DNA of 63,768 nt, filler included, from Collodictyon triciliatum (Eukaryota): NCBI GenBank assembly GCA_043381765.1. It is 5 parts of 5 records of this genome, joined end to end, with 100 filler letters (N's around TTAATTAATTAA, not from the genome) between each part and the next. Parts side by side here need not be neighbours in the genome. Positions count along the whole stretch, not along the records: positions 53,307 to 63,768 come from JBHJMP010002028.1; 4 more parts are not named here. One strand, 5' to 3'. Below the pieces are notes generated by a model. The model was not told the origin of the DNA, did not search any database, and saw nothing but the letters and a program-made list of their open reading frames with translations. A program made the translations under genes and the position numbers. Below, piece by piece: positions 56,622-63,768 of this stretch (position 1 is the stretch's first letter; each line of letters opens with the position of its first letter).

Positions 56622-58890
56622 GGACTACTGGTTGACATGAACTTTCTCGAATACATTGAATCTAATAATTCCATAGGCCATTTTTTTTTCGGCAGTGGAG
56701 TGATGAAGGGTCTCAACAAATATTTTTAACGCAACCGTTTTGTCATTTTTATTTTCTTTGGGATATGGTTAGCGTCAGTTTTCATCTGCGATATGTATAT
56801 CGTGACGAGAGGGGGTATATTCAATCAAGTCGCCACAGTCTTTGGTCCAGTTGTCGTAATCTACGAAATCCTGGTTATCATGAAAATGAACAAAAGGGTA
56901 GTTTTTCAAGCCTTGACATCTTTTGAAACGTCATTTTTTTTATTTTTTATTTTATTTTATTTTTTTTGCTATTAGACATGATTGTGGAGACGTTTACTTG
57001 TTGTGATCAATTAGGACGGGCCACTCCTCCAGTTGTAGGATTTATAATGTTTGGTCTCTCAGATTGTTGGGATATTGATGGAGGCTCTTCCAAGACCAGT
57101 TAAGAGGTTTGTCCATAAGTGGAGATTGCTGATGAACCTTTGGTATGAATTCAACCGAGATGCAAAGACACAAGAAGAGTGGTTTGTCATAGACCAAGGA
57201 GTACGTGATACGTTGCGATGGAAGACTGAGTTGGATAAGATCAGATCGAACATAAAAGAAACAAACTGCCATCTTTTATCATACCAAGTTCAGAAGCGAA
57301 TAGATTGGAATGAAAAATGGTCATGGAAGAGCAAAATCATGTGGACATTCAAAATTATCGGCGTTTCCTCGGACTGGATGGTTCTTGCATGGCATCTTGT
57401 GGCTGTGTTTGTTTCATGGTTTACATATGTTGTTTTTCTCACTAAAGTTACCATGGTAAGTAAAAACAGACATATTCAAATATACTGGATGCGATTTATC
57501 ATGAGCGAGGTATTTCGGTCCACTTGCGTCACATCCATAATATTCTATACGAAAAGGATGGTCACTATTGTTCTCCATCCTCTCCATTTATCCAGTATAC
57601 TGAAATCACAGATTCTCATACCATTTATACCAGAGTGGGTTTTGCTCATGAATCAGTACCAACGGTAAGGGTATGAAAACATTCTGTTCAATGGCCTTTC
57701 AGCAGATGATGGGATTCTGGAGAAGTGATAGAATAGAATGAATTTACATGAAGGAAAGAGTGATGAAGTCCATGGCCTACATGTAGGCCCTACACAAAGA
57801 CTAGTATATTCCATCGTGATGATATCATCTAGTGGGCGTGGTGAGATTTTTGAAATGAAAAGACCGTTGCTAAGTTAATATACAGACAATTACATGAAAA
57901 CCACTCGGTGGGAACGGTATTTTCTGAAGAAGACTCTGGAAGGTATTTGTTATTTGGGGTGCTGGTATCTGTATGTTGCATGCGTTCTTTCTAAACGGCT
58001 CCAAGTCAGTTCAGTATGCCAGTATTCCCTTTTTTTTTTTCTTTTATCGTATGCGTCCGTCTGTCTTCAGTTTTGGATGTTCCGGCCTCTACATTCTTCA
58101 GAATTGTATCTGGATTTGAGATGCTTTTTTTTTGTTGGGTAATCTATTGATTTTCTCATGGGTGGCATCCTGGTACTTTCCAGACAGTGACGGGCCTTGG
58201 GTCTTACCTTGGTTCCACTAGCGTTGCTTGTGGTTGTCAACTTTATTATAGATGCACGACCTGTTCCTATACGCAGCGCCAAAAAGAAATTATTTGATTT
58301 TCATACAAAGTTTTACTTGTCATCCGGCAATTCCAATGTCGGACATTCTTGCATGCAAACAATATTCTAGAGTATAGTCTTTTTGCTATTGTGAGAGTGG
58401 CGTGGAGTGACCCCAACAATAACCCACACTCACCCAAACAATTATATGAAAGCAGCATATATGATGAAGCGGAATGCAACAATCTCGATTTTAGCCCAAA
58501 TAACGAGGTCAATCAACAACCATAGAGGAAGGTTCTGGGCCCAACTGATAGGTTTCTCTTCACACACGCGATAATTGGCAATCTAAAGAATCTCATTATA
58601 TTTATGGGATTCCTTCCACTTTTCTAGTTGTATACATTGGTGGACTTCAGTCTTTTTATGAATGCCAATCATGCAGAAATCGAAACGGGCGGAGCCACAT
58701 GGGTGAACCGCCCTTTGTTGAAGAACGGGCTTGGGAACATGCTCATATTCCTTTTGAAACGCCTTACACTGAGTATCTTGACCCAGAAAGATGCTTGACC
58801 ATACAACGTTCTGTTCCTCGCCTCCCTTGGCATAATTCTGTGGTTTCTCTCCTTGTGTGGTGGAGGTTCCTGTGGAAAACAGATGAATAA
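56622..58890 (+). pseudogene. Disrupted tandem paralogue of the 821-aa membrane protein
   Basis: Colinear fragments: 'DMNFLEYIESNNSIGHFFFG..KYF*RNR', 'ALTSFETSF', 'EALPRPVKRFVHKW', 'ETNCHLL', 'HPLHLSSILKSQILIP', 'IIDARP', 'DPERCLTIQRSV'. Many stops and frameshifts. Confidence 0.88.
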
Positions 58891-58940
58891 AATTTCTTCG
58901 AACATAAAAAATAAACTCAATCAAGCTCTTGATGTCTTTA

Positions 58941-59062
58941 TGTTTTGATGCTTTGATGTTTTGATGTTTTGATGTTTTGATGTTTTGATGTTTTGATGTT
59001 TTGATGTTTTGATGTTTTGATGTTTTGATGTTTTGATGTTTTGATGTTTTGATGTTTTGATG
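58941..59062. repeat. (TTTTGATG)n octamer repeat
   Basis: Direct reading; other tracts are (TTTTCTCA)n at ~60539-60698 and (CTTTT)n at ~61616-61726. Confidence 0.9.
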
Positions 59063-59291
59063 CCTTTATCGCCAGCCAGCCCTCATTTCATCGTTGTGAG
59101 TGCCAACTACATCGGTCCGCAGAGGAATAAAAATAAAAATATAAAAATATAAAAAAAGGAGATATTCTGCAAGTGCCTCAAGAAGTTTTTTTTTTTTAAT
59201 TTTTTTCTCAATCTTTTGCTCTCGACTCTAGAGCGAGTTTGACAAAACTACGAGCCAGTTTCATTTTTTTCTTTTTTTATTATCTGTCGCA

Positions 59292-62200
59292 ATGTGCGGG
59301 TGTAGACGTGGCGTGCATGTTTGGGAAGAAACCAAAGACAAAGTGGAAGTTAGCACAGCAACTACTAAAGCCTGGGTTGTGGGGACGGATTCGCCAAGAA
59401 GGAGGGTGATTCACTTGGTTTTTTTCCTCCTACTTTATAGGTCAAGCGAGAAGTAGTTGCTCAAGTCGGCCAGAAGTTTGCCATACCGCAAGTCAAGTCA
59501 CTCTAGGTTGTGAGGAATGAAGTAATTGCCTTTTCTTTGTTCTATTTTCTTTTTCTTTTTCTTTTTTCTTTTTCTTTTTCTTTTTCTTTTTCTTTTTCTT
59601 TTTCTTTTTCTTTTTCGCTACTATTATTACTAGCACTATCGCTCCTTTTTGACTAACCTTTATGCTGTACGAATAGACGTTCAGTTCGATTTTTCACACC
59701 CTTGCGTCTCCTGCTGTTTCTGGTATTGGTGAATCTGCTAAACTACTTTGACCGTGGAGCAGTTGCAGTTTGTTGTTTCTTTTCTTTTCATTCTTTTCTT
59801 TCTTATGTTTCTTTTCATTCTTTTCATTCTTTTCGTTCCTATTCCACTATCGTATAACTCAATCGAGCTTCTAAGCAGCTGTTAATACATAAACGTCATT
59901 ATATACTCTTTCTACGTCTTTGACTCTTCATAGGGTGTGCTTACCGATATTGAGGAAGAGTATGGCCTGAATGACACTGCGGAAGGCCTCCTTGCAGGTT
60001 CTTAAGTATAAGGAAGACAATGTGTCTGTGATATGCATATTTCTACCTTGTTTATTTCATGTGTTGCGATATTTTCTCATCACATTTTTTCTTTTTCTTT
60101 ATTCATATAATGTGAAGGTTCTTTCATGGTGGGGTTTATGATAACGAATCCCATTTTTGCACACTACTCTCACACATATCGGCCGACCTATCTAATGAGC
60201 ATTGGACTCGGCCTTTGGTCGTTTGCTACTATCGCCTCAGGTTTCTTTGAGGGATGATACATTCTTGGAGCTCTGTCTCTTATTTTATTTGATAAAATTA
60301 TTCAACAGCAACAACATATTTATGTTAAGCTTTGTAGCTATGACACTTTTTATCAACGGCATTTTCTCATCCAGCATGATACATTCACTAACATATTTTT
60401 TCGGGTATACACTAAAAAAAACTAATACTATTAAATTGCCAATCATAGCCATATCCCCAAATTTTTATTTTCTGGCTTTTTGCCGCATGGTCACTGGTGC
60501 TGGAGAAGCATCATTCGCTGGTTTGATTTTTGTTTTCTATTTTCTCATTTTCTCATTTTCTCATTTTCTCATTTTCTCATTTTCTTTGAAAAGAAACCAA
60601 AAAAAAAATTTTCTCATTTTCTCATTTTCTCATTTTCTCATTTTCTCATTTTCTCATTTTCTCATTTTCTCATTTTCTCATTTTCTCATTTTCTCATTTT
60701 TTTTTTATTAACGTGAGAAGTTTACTCGGTTTATGTTACCTTATTTATTCGACAGCAAGGGTTTAGTTTCCTTTTTTTTCTTTTAATGACGCATTTACTG
60801 TATGCTAGGATTGGCCCCAACATATATACATGATAATGCACCAACTGAATCAAGAACTGTGAGTAGCACTTTTTGAACTGTGGTCGGATGAAAATATGGA
60901 TTTATCCATGAACCTTTGTTGTTAATGTTTTCTTTTAACTAAATTTTACAAAATGCATACTTTTGCCCATTCCTGATCACCATAATTTCCGACATAGAGT
61001 ATGCATAGGTATTTTTTTTAATTTGATACTAATCATAATGTGAAATAGAAATGGCTTTCGATGTTCTATGCTGCCATTCCAGTTGGAGGAGGTTACATTC
61101 ACACATATTCCTTATATTAAAAAAGAAGAAAAATAATGATGAATCGATTTCTAAATGACGCCACGAGTTTGAAGTGGTGTGAACATGCAAAAAAAAAACT
61201 TTTGTGTTCAATAATTGCATGCAAGATTTATGGTGCTTATTGTATCATTTCTTTGCGAAGCAATGGGATATGCTATATCTGGGGTTATCTCTCAATATTG
61301 GTACTGGCACGCTGTCTTCTACATTGAAGGTTTGTATTTTTATAGTCGTTTAAATATGTGGTCTGACTTATATACCATTTACCCTGATTTGACATGCTTT
61401 CGACAGGCTTTTGTATGCTGCCACTTGCTATCATATGCAAATATTTGCCTATCGAGTCGTCACCCACGAAGCATTCAAGCTGTGATACCGATGACGTATG
61501 TCTTTCTACTTTTATCACAGGAAGAAAAATGCATAATATCTTTGTCCAACTTGGGCCGATTTCAATTTCTTAAATTTTCTTCTCAAAAAAACCACACGTA
61601 GGCAATAAAATCGTCCTTTTCTTTTCTTTTCTTTTCTTTTCTTTTCTTTTCTTTTCTTTTCTTTTCTTTTCTTTTCTTTTCTTTTCTTTTCTTTTCTTTT
61701 CTTTTCTTTTCTTTTCTTTTCTTTTCAATGATTACACCTTCTAAATAGTTGAATCTTGTTATTTGTAACATAAAAACAGGACACAAACGAAGAGAGAGAA
61801 AGCGACAGTCTTTTGTCCGACCACGCTGAAGCGAAGAGCATCGTCGTTGATAAATCCATATCTCAGTCGCTCAAACAACTTCTGCACTGTCCAGTATACC
61901 TCTTTGTCGTCTTCGGATATGCATCATATACGTTTGTGATTGGCGCGTTTGCTTTCTGGTGTCCGTCTTATCTGGAGGAACGCTTCAACTTGGACAAGAC
62001 AACCGCAAACTCTGGTATTTTTTTATTTTTTTATTTACGTATTTACGTATTCACGTATTCACTTATTCATTTGTGATTAGTTTTTGGCTCAATCACCGCT
62101 TTGGCGGGGCTCTTTGGCACGAGCTTTGGAGGCTGGTTTCTAGACCGGTCTTTGAAAACGCTGCCAATCGATTCAAGAGACGACCCAAGAGTTGGATTGC

Positions 62201-63133
62201 GCGTACACTTTCTTCAAATATTATAATACTCAATCCATTGATCAGAAATAATAAAGGAGAGAGAATATGTCATGAATATTTTATGGAATGCACACCACAG
62301 AAAGAAATCTATCACTTTTTTCTTTTTAGCTTCCATATGATAATAATCACAAATATTCCCTTGCAACACAAAAAGGTTTCTATGGTGGCCATCATGATTG
62401 CACTTCCGGTCACTGTGGGTGTTTTTTATGCACCCGACCCTGCAATATTCTTTATTGCCATGGGTGCTGCAGAATTCCTTATATTCAGCGTAACCGGGCC
62501 GATAAATGGGGCCATTCTCAGGTTCTGCTCTTTCATAATAGCTTTATACCCTTTATACATTTTGTTTTAATAATACTAAAAAAAGAGCTGATGAATTTTT
62601 GTGAGTTATTGTCAAGTAATATTCTTTCACCGGACTCTTTTTTTTCTTTTCTTTTCATTACTTTTTTTTTTTGGGGTGAATCTGTGAATGATTCAAAGCT
62701 CTGTTCCCCCATGGCTGCGCTCCTTCGCTATGGGAACATCAAACATGGCCATCCATCTCTTTGGTGATCTGCCATCTCCGATCGTAGTCGGGGTGTGTCC
62801 AAGCATTAAAGATTTAATATAAATATTTTAGTCACACTTATTATTTTTTTGGTTCATCTTATCGCATTAGTTTTTATGTTTTTGTATTCATATCGTGTTC
62901 GTATTCACATTCGTAAAGAAGGGAGCAATTACAGTCATATGATTACATAGGCTATCTCTGACGCGACAGGGGATAAGACTTTGAGCCTGGCCATATGCGC
63001 ACTCTGGAATTTTTGGACTGTGTTGCTTTGGTACTTTGGTATTCGCGCCTTTGTGGACGTGGCGAATCGGCCTGGTAAAAAGAGAATCGACGCTGAAAAT
63101 GAAGAGCAAATTCTGTATGATACGCACAGCTGA
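59292..63133 (+). CDS. Spinster-like MFS transporter (multi-exon; start approximate)
   Basis: Motifs: 'LVNLLNYFDRGAVA', 'GSFMVGFM..PIFA', 'CRMVTGAGEASF', 'WLSMFYAAIPVG', 'FVIGAFAFWCP', 'IHLFGDLPSP'. TGA at 63131-63133. Confidence 0.9.
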
Positions 63134-63677
63134 TTTCCTTCGTGATTTTTTTCCCTCTCACTTTTCTTTTTTTTCCATGAATCTCAGACGACATGCCCTT
63201 TCATTCCTTTGTGCATAGTTGTTGTTGATAAGCTTGTCGATTTACATTTAATCCAAAATACGTGAAAAAGAACACCATAAAAAAAAAAAAGCAAACCACC
63301 TTGACTTGAGAAAATTGCTTGAAGAACCTATTCAAGGGAAAGTGCATCACCATGATTTATTTTACTTTATTTTCAACCAAGCCACTTTCTATTGATTCTG
63401 AAAAGATTCTCTTCAAGGAATGCATTCAGAACAGGTGATTTCATTCCTTAAAAATCAAAGGCTCTGGCCTTTTGAGCCGGATGCTCATTTTACAAAGCGT
63501 TTGACAGAACAATCGACGGAATGCGTAGCCTTCGGAGCCGAACTCATGAAGCAATGCCAGCCAGAATCCAACCAAGAGACTTCTCTTATTTTCCACTTTT
63601 TTTTCAACAAGGCTTCCAGCCTTCTCATTTATTCGTTTGAATGTTACTTTTTTTATGGTATTTCTTCAATAGAAATG

Positions 63678-63746
<69 letters not shown>

Positions 63747-63768
63747 AAAAAAAAAAAAAAAAAAAAAA

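Noticed and set aside
60735-60775. A fifth micro-insertion (reverse complement CCCTTGCTGTCGAATAAATAAGG)
   Set aside because: It partly resembles the family tail but has no poly(A) and no target-site duplication.
63420-63768. ORF starting MHSEQVISFL running off the window
   Set aside because: It is short, has no motif and runs into poly(A); it cannot be supported.

Overview
Eukaryotic (protist-like), AT-rich and intron-dense sequence in the standard genetic code. It is not one locus: five contigs are joined by artificial 100-bp spacers (44 N + TTAATTAATTAA + 44 N) and appear sorted by length. Contig 1 holds a decayed non-LTR retrotransposon, a possible CACTA-like remnant, an RNI-like LRR/coiled-coil gene and a TKL kinase. 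Contig 2 is one ~47-intron gene fusing an intact P4-ATPase to a 12-TM guanylyl cyclase with swapped C1/C2 roles. Contig 3 holds a divergent eEF2 paralogue (dead GTPase motifs, diphthamide His->Lys, one in-frame TAG), an LRR-PP2C gene and a CCDC151/ODAD3 homologue. Contig 4 holds a membrane-anchored cyclic-nucleotide PDE and NAR1/CIAO3. Contig 5 holds an intronless, internally duplicated 821-aa membrane protein, its tandem pseudogene and a Spinster-type MFS transporter. Four introns carry ultra-short poly(A)-tailed insertions with 16-18 bp target-site duplications, and splice sites are relaxed (many AAG acceptors). All gene models were spliced by eye, and I cannot assign the organism.
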